Source: Amphiscolops sp. MND2022 (taxonomy: Eukaryota). From it: DNA of 64,000 bases. The position numbers and the translations under genes were made by a program. Below, one piece after another: positions 63,421 through 64,000 of this stretch (positions within the stretch are counted from its first letter, which is position 1; every line of letters begins with the position of its first letter). Under the pieces are notes generated by a model, which worked only from the letters and a program-made list of their open reading frames with translations, searched no databases and was not told the DNA's origin. The stretch is from positions 54,810,001 to 54,874,000 of the forward strand of contig OZ076409.1 of assembly GCA_964187785.1 (NCBI GenBank), read 5' to 3'.

Positions 63421-64000
63421 CTACGAACTGCTCGATATCGAGAAAAAGTAAAATCAGAAAACCATTAAATTAAGAGTTATGCAAAAATAATCTAGACACC
63501 ACTCTGATTGAACAAAATTACTGAATGATTTTTACAACCATTTCGATATCGATTTTTTTTCAATTGCAAAACTGTCCCCAACAACGGCGTCAGATAAGCC
63601 TTGAGCTGTCATTACCCCAAATAGAGCAATGACCGCCGTGTCTAGCAGTAATAAGGCTGCCAACTAAACAGGCTCAAAGAAAGCTGGAAATATGATTCTT
63701 GCAAAATTTTCAGGATTTTAAGGTCTTTCCTTTGTAACTTTCCGATAGTGGATCTAGACGTTTGAGAGCATATTTCTCCGTCTCTGGAATCGACAGGAAT
63801 GATAAATTACAAGTTTTGAAAAGCCCTCGAAATTACCTTTCATTTGGTACATTCGGCATTTTTCAGTCTTAAACAGGCGAGGAATTATTAGGATTCTCGT
63901 CAAATTTTCTGAAGCCAGACTACGTTATCGTAATTTTTCACGCATTTTTGCATGCAAAATTTTTTCAGCAGGTTTAAGCATTTTGATTATGAAAACGAGT

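Overview
AT-rich, repeat-dominated eukaryotic (probably invertebrate) DNA; I cannot support any host gene. It holds three LTR elements of one Ty3/Gypsy lineage with 5-bp TSDs and the same PBS (TGGTGACAGGAGT). Element A (4230-19510, +) is decayed, with 1156-bp LTRs. Element B (21260-37497, -) looks intact and recent, with 2511-bp LTRs. Element C (53382-58278, -) is a non-autonomous deletion derivative with 1605-bp LTRs. There is also a solo LTR (47697-49198) and an old LTR remnant (from 19554). The lineage has four unusual features. (1) Between pol and the 3' LTR, A and B each carry a homologous ANTISENSE multi-intron gene. In B it has 7 predicted exons and ~1102 aa, with a CxxC..H..H zinc finger, an apparently catalytically dead hAT-transposase-like body and a basic tail; two intron positions are shared with A. 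(2) B has a divergently oriented 232-aa acidic ORF with SUMO-interaction-like motifs that runs into the 3' LTR. (3) A 6-copy 22-bp ACGT/CRE array lies between these two genes, and C keeps it despite losing nearly all coding DNA. (4) In A, B and the solo LTR, the first 110-183 gag codons lie inside the LTR. The LTR's last A plus the PBS form an in-frame ATG GTG ACA GGA (MVTG), and all five elements end their LTR in this phase. The rest is a decayed Ac-type hAT transposon (700-2520), Helentron/HINE-like dispersed repeats, a 990-bp tandem duplication preserving B's empty site, a ~110-115-bp satellite with higher-order structure, and MITE-like repeats.
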